Source of the DNA: Candidatus Marsarchaeota archaeon
Lineage (GTDB): Archaea > Thermoproteota > Thermoprotei_A > Marsarchaeales > Marsarchaeaceae
DNA: 64,000 nucleotides
Direction of reading: 5' to 3'
NCBI GenBank assembly: GCA_023487445.1
Contig: JAMDBQ010000006.1
Location: 4,157 to 68,156, forward strand
The notes beneath the pieces are model-generated. The model did not search any database, was not told the DNA's origin, and was given only the letters and a program-made list of their open reading frames with translations. The position numbers were made by a program, and so were the translations under genes. Of the stretch, positions 48,622-58,738 are shown in pieces (position 1 is the stretch's first letter; every line of letters begins with the position of its first letter).

Positions 48622-50286
48622 ATGGCTTCTGCAGTACCCTCGCTAGGAGGAGCCCCGGTACTAGTTCTGAAAGAAGGATCTCAGAGATCACAGGGCAGGG
48701 AGGCCCTGCACTCCAACATATCAGCAGCTGTAGCCGTGGCCGAAGTGATCAGGACCACACTCGGTCCCAAAGGGCTCGACAAAATGCTTGTGGATTCCCT
48801 TGGTGAGGTAACGGTTACCAACGACGGCGCCACGATTCTAAAGAACATGGATGTGCAGCATCCCGCCGCCAAACTCATGGTTCAGATATCCAAGACACAG
48901 GATGATGAGGTTGGAGATGGGACTAAATCCACCGTGGTGCTCGCGGGCGAGCTTCTTAGGCGCGCTGAAGATCTAGTTGAAAGGAAGATCCACCCCACAA
49001 TGGTGGTCTCTGGCTACAGGAAGGCCGCGGACATGGCTTTGAACGCGATTAAGGATATAGCGAAACCGATTGAGCTCACAGACAAAGCCACGCTTGAAAA
49101 GATAGCGATGACCGCTATGAGCAGCAAATCCGTCTCGGATGCGAGGGAGCACCTCGCCGACATCACGGTCAAATCAGTCCTGCAGGTGAACGAAAAGCGG
49201 GGCCAGAAGGACTACGTTGACGTTGACCTGATACAGGTTATTAAGAAGCAGGGTGGAGGAGCGCTGGACACCCAGCTGATTATGGGTGTGGTGATCGATA
49301 AGGAGGTTGTTCATCCTGGTATGCCCAAGCGTGTGGAGAAGGCTAGGATCGCGCTTCTGGACACCCCGCTCGAGATCGAGAAGACCGAGATAGACGCCGA
49401 GATCAGGATAACCAACCCCGAGCAGATGAAGGCGTTCATTGACCAGGAGTCCTCTATTCTTAAGGAGATGGTTGAGAAGCTTCAGAAGGTTGGGGCGAAC
49501 GTGGTGATCTGCCAGAAGGGCATCGATGACATCGCCCAGCACTTCCTCGCCAAGAACGGCATACTCGCCGTAAGGAGAGCTAAGCAAAGCGACATGGAGA
49601 AGCTTAGCAGAGCCACGGGGGCACGCGTGGTCACCAACATAGACGACCTCACCTCGAACGATCTAGGCCAAGCCGAGTTCGTCGAGGAAAGAAGGATAGC
49701 GAACGAGAAGATGCTCTTCGTCGAGGGATGCAAGAACCCGAAGGCGGTTAGCATTCTCATACGCGCAGGACTTGAAAGAGCAGTGGATGAAATCGAGCGT
49801 TCACTACACGACTCCCTGAAGGCTGTTGCGACGACCGTAATGGACGCTAGAATACTGCCGGGCGCCGGCGCAACTCAAGTTGAGCTAGCAAAAAGGATCA
49901 GGGAGCAGGCGGCGAAGGTTGGTGGGAAAGAGCAGCTCGCTGTAGAAGCGTTCGCCGACGCGCTTGAAGTGATACCTAAAGCGATAGCGGAGAACGCCGG
50001 GCTCGACCCCATAACTGTAATAACCGACCTGACTGCGGCCCACTCAAAGGCGGAGGGTGTCGCCTTCGGAGTGGATATCAACACTGGTAAACCCGTGGAC
50101 GCGTTCAAGAAGGGTATCGTTGAACCAGCCAACCTCACTACTCAGGCAATCAGGTCAGCCGTGGAGGCTGCGAGCGCAATCCTACGCATCGACGACGTGG
50201 TTGCTGCGGCTAAGTCGAGCGGAGCCGGCAAAGGCGGAGCGGGCAAGGGCTCCAACGACAAGGGAGAAGACAGCGGCTCTGACTGA
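48622..50286 (+). CDS. ths: Thermosome (group II chaperonin) subunit
   Basis: [29 protein letters not shown]. Confidence 0.97.
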   Translation: MASAVPSLGGAPVLVLKEGSQRSQGREALHSNISAAVAVAEVIRTTLGPKGLDKMLVDSLGEVTVTNDGATILKNMDVQHPAAKLMVQISKTQDDEVGDGTKSTVVLAGELLRRAEDLVERKIHPTMVVSGYRKAADMALNAIKDIAKPIELTDKATLEKIAMTAMSSKSVSDAREHLADITVKSVLQVNEKRGQKDYVDVDLIQVIKKQGGGALDTQLIMGVVIDKEVVHPGMPKRVEKARIALLDTPLEIEKTEIDAEIRITNPEQMKAFIDQESSILKEMVEKLQKVGANVVICQKGIDDIAQHFLAKNGILAVRRAKQSDMEKLSRATGARVVTNIDDLTSNDLGQAEFVEERRIANEKMLFVEGCKNPKAVSILIRAGLERAVDEIERSLHDSLKAVATTVMDARILPGAGATQVELAKRIREQAAKVGGKEQLAVEAFADALEVIPKAIAENAGLDPITVITDLTAAHSKAEGVAFGVDINTGKPVDAFKKGIVEPANLTTQAIRSAVEAASAILRIDDVVAAAKSSGAGKGGAGKGSNDKGEDSGSD

Positions 50287-51121
50287 ACCCTCCCCCCCAT
50301 TTTATAACAGAGGACTTTTTTTCGTAGGCTTAGGTTTGTTCGACGACTACGGGCTGAGTGCGCGCGCGGTTGAGGTCATGCGCGCCTCAGCAGTGGTTTT
50401 CATAGAGCAGTACACCTCGGCTATGCCGGGGATGAACCTGAGCAGGTTGGCCTTCCTGATAGGGAAGCCCCCCGTCCCCGTCTCCAGACGTGAGCTTGAA
50501 GAGGAAGGGGGGAAGAGGGTGCTCGAGGAAGCTTCGAAGGCACCTGTGACGCTTGCGGTGCCAGGGGACCCCTTCGTGGCCACAACCCATGTGACCCTGC
50601 GGGGGGAGGCAGCCCGCGTAGGCATCCCAACGTTCTATGTTCCGGGCTCCTCGGTGTTCAGCGCAGCCTACGGAGCGTCGGGCCTCCAGGTTTACAGGGC
50701 TGGTCCAAGCTGCACAGTGGTTGAACCCACCCCCCTTTATCACCCTGTTTCTCAGTATCAGAAGATACTCTCCAACATGGCGAGCGGGCTTCACACCCTT
50801 GTACTACTCGACATAGCAGAGCCCGGGTTCGCCCCCTTGACGTTTGCGAGAGCCGCGAGGCTATTCACAGACTACCTTGCCGCGAAAGGTGTTTCTGGGA
50901 GAAGCATTGTGGCAGTGGGTCTAGCGGGTCTGGGGTCACTTGGTCACGTGGCCGCAGCGGGTACGCTTGAGTCGCTGAGCTCAATGAATGTTGAACCCAT
51001 GCCTCAGTGCATGGTTGTACCGGGTGTGCCCGATGAAGCCGAAGCGAAAGCTCTAATTGAGCTCGGCGCTTCGAGTCAGGAGATCGCCGCCCATGTCGCA
51101 GCGTGTAAAAGAGTTGGCTGA
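50279..51121 (+). CDS. dph5: Diphthine synthase (probable CTG start)
   Basis: LFFVGLGL; EQYTS; PGDPFVATTH; SGLQVY; GLHTLVLLDI. Confidence 0.92.
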   Translation: MTEPSPPFYNRGLFFVGLGLFDDYGLSARAVEVMRASAVVFIEQYTSAMPGMNLSRLAFLIGKPPVPVSRRELEEEGGKRVLEEASKAPVTLAVPGDPFVATTHVTLRGEAARVGIPTFYVPGSSVFSAAYGASGLQVYRAGPSCTVVEPTPLYHPVSQYQKILSNMASGLHTLVLLDIAEPGFAPLTFARAARLFTDYLAAKGVSGRSIVAVGLAGLGSLGHVAAAGTLESLSSMNVEPMPQCMVVPGVPDEAEAKALIELGASSQEIAAHVAACKRVG

Positions 51122-51773
51122 AAAATACTCGTCCAACGTTGAGATAGCTCTGAAAACACTGAAACTCGATCCAAAGACAAAGAGTCACGTCTCAGACTAC
51201 CTTGCGGATTCAAGGCACTACTACGCCAAGGGGGACTACGTCACCTCCCTCGTCGCTTCGAGCTACGCCGAGGGCCTCATAGACGGGGCGTCGCTTTCCC
51301 GGGGAGAGCCCACAAGGTGGACCAGCACGACAAGGAAGGTGCTCCTTGTAGGCACATGGGATATAGTCCACCCCGGCCACATAGAGTTCCTCTGGAGGGG
51401 GAAAAGGCTTGGGAAAGTCTACGTGATCGTGGCGCGCGATGAAAACGTAGCCGCCTCCAAGGGTCGCCCACCACTGATACCTCAGCGCCAGAGAGCCGAG
51501 GTTCTCAGGAACCTTAAGCCCGTGGACCACGTTGTACTTGGAGACAAATCGAATTTCCTGAAGCCCGTTGCAAAAATCAGGCCCGACATAATACTTCTGG
51601 GACCCGACGAAACCTACCCCGTAGATAAGCTGAAGGTAGACCTTAGGAAGATGGGTTTGCGCTGCAGGGTGATGAAGCTCTCTAAGCGTTTTACAAAGTA
51701 TCCGCTTAGCAGTACATCCCAGATAATTGCGAAGGCGGCTAAGCTCGCTAACCCACTGAAAGAACGGGGGTGA
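51093..51773 (+). CDS. ribL: DUF357 domain fused to FAD synthase (RibL-like nucleotidyltransferase)
   Basis: YLADSRHY..KGD.VTSL..SYAEGLID (DUF357); GTWDIVHPGH..VIVARD..KG..P..QR..PDIILLG.D..STS. Confidence 0.85.
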   Translation: MSQRVKELAEKYSSNVEIALKTLKLDPKTKSHVSDYLADSRHYYAKGDYVTSLVASSYAEGLIDGASLSRGEPTRWTSTTRKVLLVGTWDIVHPGHIEFLWRGKRLGKVYVIVARDENVAASKGRPPLIPQRQRAEVLRNLKPVDHVVLGDKSNFLKPVAKIRPDIILLGPDETYPVDKLKVDLRKMGLRCRVMKLSKRFTKYPLSSTSQIIAKAAKLANPLKERG

Positions 51774-52452
51774 CGAGCACCCTCGTGCCGTCGGCTATCC
51801 CCAGCTTCTTCTTTATGCTGAACGGCGCAATCAGCTCTACAACGTCGTCGCCGTAACGTGAATACTCCGGGAAAAGCGCCACGCACTCCACAACCTGGGA
51901 GCCCAGCCTGAGTATAGCAGGGTAGGTTAACACCAGCCCGAACCTCCTGTTACCCGTCCTGAAACCGTTTACTATCTTCGAGGGATACATCCTGAACACG
52001 TCAAATGCGTTTTGATCCGCCTTCAGGTTGAGCGTTCCCAGATAGGGTTTGAAGCCGTAGATCAGCTCGAACTGCCGGCCGTAACCCCTCAGCTCAAGGA
52101 AGAACCTTCCCTCGCCCACGCCTGAAACAACGGTTGCCCCAAGCTCCACCCTAGGAAGCGGAGCCGTGAACAAGTTGAGGAACCGCCTGAGTTGGCCACG
52201 GGCGAACTCTGACACAGTGTACTCGAAACCTGCAGAGCCGGTGCGCTTATCCACGAGGCCAGCTTCAACGGCGCGGCTGAGTTTGCGTGAAGCCGCCTGC
52301 TGGGAGACTTCAAGCATGCTTCCCAGCGACGACCCCGAGATCCTTACGTAGCCGTGTAGCCCGCCGAACTCTACGAGCGCAACCACCACGTCGGCGTGAT
52401 CAAACCACCTCTTACCCGACTCGTCGAGGAACTTCCTCTTCAAAGCCACCAA
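51748..52452 (-). CDS. ribK: CTP-dependent riboflavin kinase with N-terminal HTH (RbkR-like)
   Basis: SQQAASR HTH; VSGVGEG; F.PY.GTLNL; ELIAP. Confidence 0.92.
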   Translation of the reverse strand: MVALKRKFLDESGKRWFDHADVVVALVEFGGLHGYVRISGSSLGSMLEVSQQAASRKLSRAVEAGLVDKRTGSAGFEYTVSEFARGQLRRFLNLFTAPLPRVELGATVVSGVGEGRFFLELRGYGRQFELIYGFKPYLGTLNLKADQNAFDVFRMYPSKIVNGFRTGNRRFGLVLTYPAILRLGSQVVECVALFPEYSRYGDDVVELIAPFSIKKKLGIADGTRVLVTPVLSVG

Positions 52453-52458
52453 GCCAGT

Positions 52459-53052
52459 CTACCTCCCCTTGTTGGCTATGTGCGCCTGAGTGAGTATGAG
52501 TCTGGTGTCGTCCAGAAGCCTCCTGTCCACATCCACTTTGTGCCTCAGACCCTTCACACTCTGTTTAGGATATTCGAAGGACATCACAAATTCGAAAACC
52601 TCTTCCATGCGCTTGAACACGGTTTCCGCCTCCCCCAGCTGATCCCCCCGCACCAGGTCAAGGCAGAGCCGCCTCAGCTCCCCCACGAGGTCCGCGAGTC
52701 CGAGGAGGTATTCATCGGGTTCGACTTTGAACTCGGTGTAAGATGGAACCTTCCCTGTCTCAACTACTTGTCTAAGGCACGACGCTTCAACGTATTCACA
52801 CAAGGCGTCGCGTATAACCGCAAGCCTTGAAGCGTAAGCGTGTTTCGCGCTAAGCTCCCTCACTCTTGTTATCCCGGTCTCCGCCTCCCTCAGCTTGGCG
52901 TCGCATCCCTTGAGGTCGCCTCTGTGAACCGCGGAAATCGCGGTGCCGCACGCCTCTATCACCACAGAGCACACCTCGGACACTTCTTCCTTTACAGACA
53001 TCTGTTCCTCAAGAAGCCTGAGTAACTCAGTTCTTTCGCTAGCTGTGTCCAT
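52459..53052 (-). CDS. Translin/TRAX (C3PO) family protein
   Basis: AISAVH; EYVEA; YLLGLADLVGELRR; LRHKVD. Confidence 0.9.
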   Translation of the reverse strand: MDTASERTELLRLLEEQMSVKEEVSEVCSVVIEACGTAISAVHRGDLKGCDAKLREAETGITRVRELSAKHAYASRLAVIRDALCEYVEASCLRQVVETGKVPSYTEFKVEPDEYLLGLADLVGELRRLCLDLVRGDQLGEAETVFKRMEEVFEFVMSFEYPKQSVKGLRHKVDVDRRLLDDTRLILTQAHIANKGR

Positions 53053-53064
53053 GCAAGATCCAAC

Positions 53065-53691
53065 TCAGTTTTGGGCGCCTATGGGAACGCTTTCCTCCCT
53101 GCAACCCGAAGCGTCCACGTACACGACGTCAACTCCGTCACCTGAGCCGATGTCTCTTAGGCTCGCCCCACGAACCGCGGCGCGGGCAAGCGCTCCCGCG
53201 TCGTCTAGGGACGCGTGGGGGTCGTATCTGGATTCAAGTATCCCTATCGCTACCTGCGCCCCCGAACCTAGGGCTGCGTAGCGGTCAGGTAGAACCGATC
53301 CAAGCGCGTCAAACGTGTAGAGATGCGGGCCACCTGAGTCGTAGCCGCCGAGAAGAGTCTCCGTAAAGTAGGGTGTGAACCTCGCTTGGTAAAGTATTGT
53401 GCTGAGAAGCCTGCCAGCAGAGGCCACGCTCATCCCCCCGGGGTTGTCGAGTTCGTAAAGCGATACATGAGCCCGCAGTCGCCTTGACAGGCTCTGCATA
53501 TCCCCAACCAGGCCGGAGAATGCAACCGCAAGCCGGTCGCCTACCACGTACACCTTCTTCGCAGACTTAGAAAGAACGGTGTAGCCGTAGGAGAACCTTT
53601 TCTCCGAGGCAAGCACCACGCCGGCGTCAACCACAACACCTACAGCCGTGCCTCCCACGGGGAGCTGATTGGCCATGTTCTTCACGAACAC
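53065..53691 (-). CDS. psmB: Proteasome beta subunit paralog (probably non-catalytic)
   Basis: GGTAVG instead of GTTTVG; LASEKR; GDMQ; ALGSG; RD..SGDG. Confidence 0.92.
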   Translation of the reverse strand: MFVKNMANQLPVGGTAVGVVVDAGVVLASEKRFSYGYTVLSKSAKKVYVVGDRLAVAFSGLVGDMQSLSRRLRAHVSLYELDNPGGMSVASAGRLLSTILYQARFTPYFTETLLGGYDSGGPHLYTFDALGSVLPDRYAALGSGAQVAIGILESRYDPHASLDDAGALARAAVRGASLRDIGSGDGVDVVYVDASGCREESVPIGAQN

Positions 53692-53747
53692 AATCGAACC
53701 CCTGATTTAACTTTAACTTACGCCCACCTCTTTAACACTGAAACCAA

Positions 53748-54041
53748 TTGGTGCAGATGCACTCGGTGATCCGCGACGTCCTGAACAGGCTGAGGTGGGA
53801 TGAATCGCTCCGGGGGGAAGCAAGGGTGTGCTACGTTAGTAGAGAGCACGGCGTCGAGAGACTCGTGGACGTGAATTTCTCAGAGGTCACCGATATATCC
53901 AAGTCCTACTTCAGGGTGGGGGAAGGAGTGGACGCGAAGTACATCCCATATCACCGTGTTACTTGGATAGCCGCAGGGTCGAAAGTTCTTTGGCGTTCGA
54001 GGAGATGGGGTGAGCGGATTGGACGAGGCGGTGTATCGTAA
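53748..54041 (+). CDS. MJ1316/DUF504 RNA-repair domain protein
   Basis: IRDVLNRLRWD..Y.SR..IPYHRV..W. Confidence 0.88.
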   Translation: MVQMHSVIRDVLNRLRWDESLRGEARVCYVSREHGVERLVDVNFSEVTDISKSYFRVGEGVDAKYIPYHRVTWIAAGSKVLWRSRRWGERIGRGGVS

Positions 54042-55044
54042 CCCATTCAAGGCTTTGGGTGAAGTGCCCACAGAAGAAGACATAGAGAACTCACTATTCC
54101 GGAGGGTGTTCAACGTCAACATATCAAGCAGAGCTGAGGATAGGAGGAAGGCGCTTGCCACCGCCAAGGTAAACCTGCTTGCTAGGCTCTACGCCCAGCG
54201 GGTAAAGAAGATTACGCGGATTGAGAAAGAGATCGGGGAGGCCCACGCATTCCACGTGGAGCTATGTGACGCCTCCTTCCAAGGAGGGTACGATGGTCTG
54301 ATGGCTGACCTCAGACTTATCGCGGGTTCGGCGCGTATCGTCAACAGGCTCCAAGTCAAGTACGCCTCCATGATAAGGCGCGACCCTGCCCACGCCGACC
54401 GCTATAAAACCGAGTTCCTAGGGCGCGCAGGCTCTGTTGTCAAAAGGCTAGCCCCAAGCTTCAGCAACGTGAACGCTGCGTACGCCGTGCTCAAAGAACT
54501 TCCCGATCTAAACAACGAAGAGTTCAAGGTGGTGGTCGCAGGTGCCCCCCATGTTGGAAAGTCTTCGCTGGTGTCCAAGCTCACGAGCAGGAAGATTGAG
54601 ATAGGAACTTACCCTTTTACAACTAAGAAGATCAACGCGGGTACAGTGGACTCGAAGGGGTCTAGGGTGATAGTGTTCGATACACCCGGCCTCCTCGACC
54701 GCCCCCTCCACGAGAGGAACCCCATCGAGCGCAGGGCGGTGAGTGCCCTACGCTACCTTGCAAACAACGTGGTGTTCCTGATCGACCCAACCGAACGGGC
54801 AGGCTACTCTGTGGCCTACCAGGAGTCGATCCTTTCAAGTGTTAAGGAGCTCATACCCGACACTGAGGTGCTCAAAGTATACACTCACGCGGATAGGGTG
54901 AGCCAGATGCCTGAAGACGAGTGGTGGGTTTCAAACGTCACAGGGTACGGGCTGGACAGGTTAAAGGCGTACATAGTATCCAAGGCGGCGGCGTGGAGGA
55001 AGCACAGGATGGCGAGGAACATCTCAGAATACGTTGAACCATGA
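54010..55044 (+). CDS. NOG1-like GTPase
   Basis: GAPHVGKSS; YPFTTK; DTPGLLDRP..ERN.IE. Confidence 0.92.
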   Translation: MSGLDEAVYRNPFKALGEVPTEEDIENSLFRRVFNVNISSRAEDRRKALATAKVNLLARLYAQRVKKITRIEKEIGEAHAFHVELCDASFQGGYDGLMADLRLIAGSARIVNRLQVKYASMIRRDPAHADRYKTEFLGRAGSVVKRLAPSFSNVNAAYAVLKELPDLNNEEFKVVVAGAPHVGKSSLVSKLTSRKIEIGTYPFTTKKINAGTVDSKGSRVIVFDTPGLLDRPLHERNPIERRAVSALRYLANNVVFLIDPTERAGYSVAYQESILSSVKELIPDTEVLKVYTHADRVSQMPEDEWWVSNVTGYGLDRLKAYIVSKAAAWRKHRMARNISEYVEP

Positions 55045-55122
55045 ACCCTCAAGGTCTCCACCCCGAAGCCTGGTAGGTATACTTGGGCCCAAGAAGTTAG
55101 CAGGCTGGGAAATACGGGTGCT

Positions 55123-55317
55123 CTACGGGCCTTCGAAGCCGCAGTTTGGGCACCTGTAGTTGGTACCCGTCTTCCTGCACCTTGCGCAGCGCCAGATAAC
55201 TATGACTCCGCACTTGGGGCACAGGAACTTCGTGCCCTTTTCAACGAGTATTATAGGCGTCCTGCACGAAGTGCAGATGGGGAGGGCTACTTCCTGCGCT
55301 GCGTCTGGGCGTGACAT
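55123..55317 (-). CDS. DUF1610 (HVO_2753-like) zinc-ribbon protein
   Basis: CTSC..FLCPKCG..IWRCARCRK..YRCPNCGFEGP. Confidence 0.92.
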   Translation of the reverse strand: MSRPDAAQEVALPICTSCRTPIILVEKGTKFLCPKCGVIVIWRCARCRKTGTNYRCPNCGFEGP

Positions 55318-55352
55318 GGATAGGCGATGAGCAGCGAACACATATAAAAGCT

Positions 55353-56438
55353 CTAAGCGGAAAGAAGCGAGGCCGCACCCTCCCTAACTAGGTTCCACAG
55401 CACGCCTGAGTGGTCGTCGAAGTCCGACTCCCTCAATACCATCTGCGTGGCAGGCGAACCGGATGCGACTTCGAGCATTCTGTCCTTAATCGAGCACGGC
55501 GTGGACAGTATCAGACGGAACATCGCTTCGGTGAGCCTTAGCGAGCCTCTGAGGCGCCTGTGCCATCGACGGTAGTCTGCGAGTGTGAGGTCTCCGCGCC
55601 TGAGGTCAGAGACCAAGGTCTTAGCGCCCATCATTCCAAGCCCGAGTCCACCACCTGTCATAGGCTTCACCTGACCCGCCTCATCTCCTAGGGCGACGTA
55701 GTTAAGCCTCTTCACCTCTACCGGGGCACCTCCTACCACCACTCTGCCGCCGAAGTAGCCTTTGACTCGCCCCGAGACGCCGAAGGCTTTGAACAGCGTC
55801 CTCAGTCTTCCGGTGAGTCCTCCAGCATAGGAAGCGAGGCCCACCTTGGCCCATGCCCCTGCGTCATACGGCGCGATCCACCCGAAGTAGCCGGGTATCC
55901 CACGTGAAAACAGCACATATACCGAGTCGGGTTCGAGTCGAGAGTCAAGTTCAACCCTCGCCTGTAAACCCGGAATAGTTCTGAGGCTGGTGTTGGCGGC
56001 GGGGCCTCTGGCACCCACAACAAGGTCGAACACGCGTCTGCTCCCGGGCCACGCTACACCGTATCCGCCTTTAACGGGGACGACCGAGGCCCTCGACTTG
56101 AGCTCGAAGCCCACACCCGACGAAGAAGCCGCCTCGTAAAGAGCCGCCTCATACCCTGGCCTATCCATCATCACTGCTTTGGTCACCCCCGCGGAGAACC
56201 TGTGAACGCCTCCCTCTCCAGCCTTTACATACCCCCCGGTGTATCCGGCGAGCACAAGTTTTTCGAGCTCAGGGTGACCCGCGGCTTCGAAGAAGTCGTG
56301 TCTGACTATCCCTGTGCAGTGTTCGGGGAAACCCACGCGCGGATGCTCTTCGAAAACCGTCACGCTGTAACCCGCTTGGGAAAGCCCGCATGCAGCGAGT
56401 AAACCTGCGGGTCCTGCTCCGAGCACGGCTACATTCAA
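55353..56438 (-). CDS. Geranylgeranyl-reductase family FAD oxidoreductase
   Basis: GAGPAG; PEHCTG; FGWIAP; GDEAGQVKPMTGGG. Confidence 0.85.
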   Translation of the reverse strand: MNVAVLGAGPAGLLAACGLSQAGYSVTVFEEHPRVGFPEHCTGIVRHDFFEAAGHPELEKLVLAGYTGGYVKAGEGGVHRFSAGVTKAVMMDRPGYEAALYEAASSSGVGFELKSRASVVPVKGGYGVAWPGSRRVFDLVVGARGPAANTSLRTIPGLQARVELDSRLEPDSVYVLFSRGIPGYFGWIAPYDAGAWAKVGLASYAGGLTGRLRTLFKAFGVSGRVKGYFGGRVVVGGAPVEVKRLNYVALGDEAGQVKPMTGGGLGLGMMGAKTLVSDLRRGDLTLADYRRWHRRLRGSLRLTEAMFRLILSTPCSIKDRMLEVASGSPATQMVLRESDFDDHSGVLWNLVREGAASLLSA

Positions 56439-56478
56439 TGGGTGTCACTGACAGCTTAAATTTCAGATATTTAACACT

Positions 56479-56868
56479 GTGGTCATGGCTCACGCCGCCG
56501 CGCCCGAAGACGAAGAAGAATACAAGCAGGTGATGGTTGTAAGGAAAGACCTAGAGTTGGGCTGCGGCAAACTTGCAGCCCAGGTCGCCCACGCCTCACT
56601 CGGTAGCTACGAAGAGTGCAGGAGAGATAAGCCTCACTGGGTGCACAAGTGGTCTCAAACCGGGTCGAGGAAGATAGTGGCGAAGGTAAAAGGCGAACAC
56701 GAGCTGTTCGAGCTAATGTACAAGGCAAGGTCGGAGGGAATCCCGTTCTACGCGGTAAGGGATGCTGGACTCACACAGGTCCCCCCAAACACCCTCACAT
56801 GTGTGGGCTTCGGCCCCGCACCCTCTTGGGCAATGGACAAAGTCACGGGCGAACTGAAGCTTCTATGA
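56479..56868 (+). CDS. pth2: Peptidyl-tRNA hydrolase Pth2
   Basis: VVRKDL..GKLAAQVAHA; DAGLTQV; GP; D.VTG.LKLL. Confidence 0.96.
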   Translation: MVMAHAAAPEDEEEYKQVMVVRKDLELGCGKLAAQVAHASLGSYEECRRDKPHWVHKWSQTGSRKIVAKVKGEHELFELMYKARSEGIPFYAVRDAGLTQVPPNTLTCVGFGPAPSWAMDKVTGELKLL

Positions 56869-58052
56869 GCGCCTACGCGTTTCCCGAGATACCCGGGTGC
56901 ACCAACTGGATAGGGGCCCGTGTCCGCGTAGAAGTCGGCGGCTTGCCCGAAGACTTCAAGGTATGCGAAATACACGTGTCGGGTAAATCGGCATGCGTAA
57001 GCAACATCTCCACTTCGATCAGTGAGCATGCGCCCCCACGGGCGCCGGCAACACTCACTTTCGGAGTGCTAGAGAAAAGGGACATATCCACGCTTGACGC
57101 GGTCAGGGCACTCGCAAATCGCCTCAACGTACCGCGGTCCTCTATCGGTGTGGGCGGCTTGAAGGACAGGCGTGCAGTCACATACCAGTTCATCACCGCC
57201 CCCGGCCACGTGCAGGCGCTCACCGTGGGATCCGTCAGGTTCACCCCTCTGGGGTACAGGAGCACACCCTACTCTCCGAAGGAGGTGTGGGGCAATGGCT
57301 TTCAGGTGAACCTCACCCATACCCTTACACCTGTAGAGGCACGCAGCCTCGAATCCAAAGCACCCCACCTCAAGGTGCCATCATTCTACGGCCACCAGCG
57401 ATTCGGTGCAGCCGACTCCGACACCCATCTCGTAGGTCTGGAAATCGTCAGGGGAAACTATGGTCGGGCAATCCAATTCATACTGGGTGGGACCTACGGC
57501 TGGTACGAGCGTAAGCTAGAAGCGATGCTCGGGGAAACTCGGGACGAGGAGCAGGCGCTGAGGACGCTTGACCCCGTGGTTCTCAGACTGTTCGTGAACG
57601 CCTATCAGTCCTACGTCTTCAACAAAACACTCTCCACCCTCCTCGGCGAGTATGGCTCAGTTGAGAACATTCCCTGCCACGTCTACGGCGTAGCCGACAG
57701 ATACGGCATCGTGACCGCGTTGAAAACCAGCAAACCAGCCAGCGGAAGTGGACGGAGCGGCGCGCAGCCCCCGACGCAGTCGGGGCGAGGCGTGTACCCG
57801 ATGCTCGAGATACCCGGGTACTCAACACCCGGAGGCTCGGTTCAGGCGACGATTATGGCTCAGGACGGCGTTGAACCCTTGGACTTCAGAAACACCGTCG
57901 CAGGAGGGTTCCGTGGAGGATACAGACCGGTGTACTTCGAAATACGCGGGTTTAGTGTGCGAACCCAGCCCCTGTTCGCCGCCACGGCGTTTTCGTTAAG
58001 GAGGGGCATGTACGCCACCGTGGCGCTACGAGCGCTCCTAGCCGAGGACTGA
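56865..58052 (+). CDS. truD: tRNA pseudouridine(13) synthase TruD/Pus7
   Basis: PEDFKV.E; GLKDRRAVTYQ; GNGF; FYGHQRFG; AYQSYVFN; F.L.RG.YAT. Confidence 0.94.
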   Translation: MSAYAFPEIPGCTNWIGARVRVEVGGLPEDFKVCEIHVSGKSACVSNISTSISEHAPPRAPATLTFGVLEKRDISTLDAVRALANRLNVPRSSIGVGGLKDRRAVTYQFITAPGHVQALTVGSVRFTPLGYRSTPYSPKEVWGNGFQVNLTHTLTPVEARSLESKAPHLKVPSFYGHQRFGAADSDTHLVGLEIVRGNYGRAIQFILGGTYGWYERKLEAMLGETRDEEQALRTLDPVVLRLFVNAYQSYVFNKTLSTLLGEYGSVENIPCHVYGVADRYGIVTALKTSKPASGSGRSGAQPPTQSGRGVYPMLEIPGYSTPGGSVQATIMAQDGVEPLDFRNTVAGGFRGGYRPVYFEIRGFSVRTQPLFAATAFSLRRGMYATVALRALLAED

Positions 58053-58122
58053 ATAGGCCAGAGGTTTCGGCTCGGTCTACCTTAGCCCCTTTAGCCAAAT
58101 CTGGCTAAAAGAAGGGACCCAT

Positions 58123-58317
58123 ATGAATGAGCGTGTAGCAGGATTCACGGAGGCGTTGCTTGTGGTGAGGCACTGGCTCAAAGAAGCGCGTCAAGCACGT
58201 GAACCGCGGGGGGACGCCTTGCAGCGCGTTCAGGCAAGGCTTGACCAAACCCTGGAGCTACTGCAGGCCGGCCTAGCCGCCGAAGTCGAGCAGGAGCTGA
58301 AGAACTGGTCGAAGTGA
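58123..58317 (+). CDS. Small hypothetical helical protein
   Basis: 64-aa ATG ORF with amphipathic helices; no family recognised. Confidence 0.5.
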   Translation: MNERVAGFTEALLVVRHWLKEARQAREPRGDALQRVQARLDQTLELLQAGLAAEVEQELKNWSK

Positions 58318-58366
58318 ATTCGTCGTCTAACCGAGCCTGCAGAAGCATTGCCCGCCGCCACCGAGT

Positions 58367-58693
58367 CTACCCCCGCTTGAATCCCGATCCCTCCACAACC
58401 TCTTTGAGCTTCTTAACATGCTCCGCGGCAAGTCTTCCCCGGGGTGTGAGCGAATGCATCACCGCCGGCCCCTCCTTTGAACGCCTAATCAAACCCAGTT
58501 CCTCTGCAACCGCGGCCGCCCGGGCGACACCGTTTCCGTCGATACCCGTCTTTCTCTGGATTTGGCCGGCGCTTAGAGGCGCGGGGAACACGTCCAAAAG
58601 CGCTGCAATCACCTCCTGCCAAAGCTCAAGCGGCCTGTCTTTTCGTCTAACCATTGAGACGATGTTTGGAGGCATGCCATTAAGCAACTCCAA
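58367..58693 (-). CDS. Winged-helix DNA-binding protein
   Basis: LSAGQIQRKTGI..V..LGLIRR..LTPRG. Confidence 0.75.
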   Translation of the reverse strand: MELLNGMPPNIVSMVRRKDRPLELWQEVIAALLDVFPAPLSAGQIQRKTGIDGNGVARAAAVAEELGLIRRSKEGPAVMHSLTPRGRLAAEHVKKLKEVVEGSGFKRG

Positions 58694-58738
58694 ATATAAC
58701 GCTTAATACTTTAAATGTTATAGTGTAACCGTTGATAC

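Noticed and set aside
50057..50278. Long N-terminal extensions of Dph5 (and similarly TruD from 56649, the wHTH ORF from 62869, NadM from 12337)
   Set aside because: They overlap confident upstream genes and are longest-ORF artefacts.
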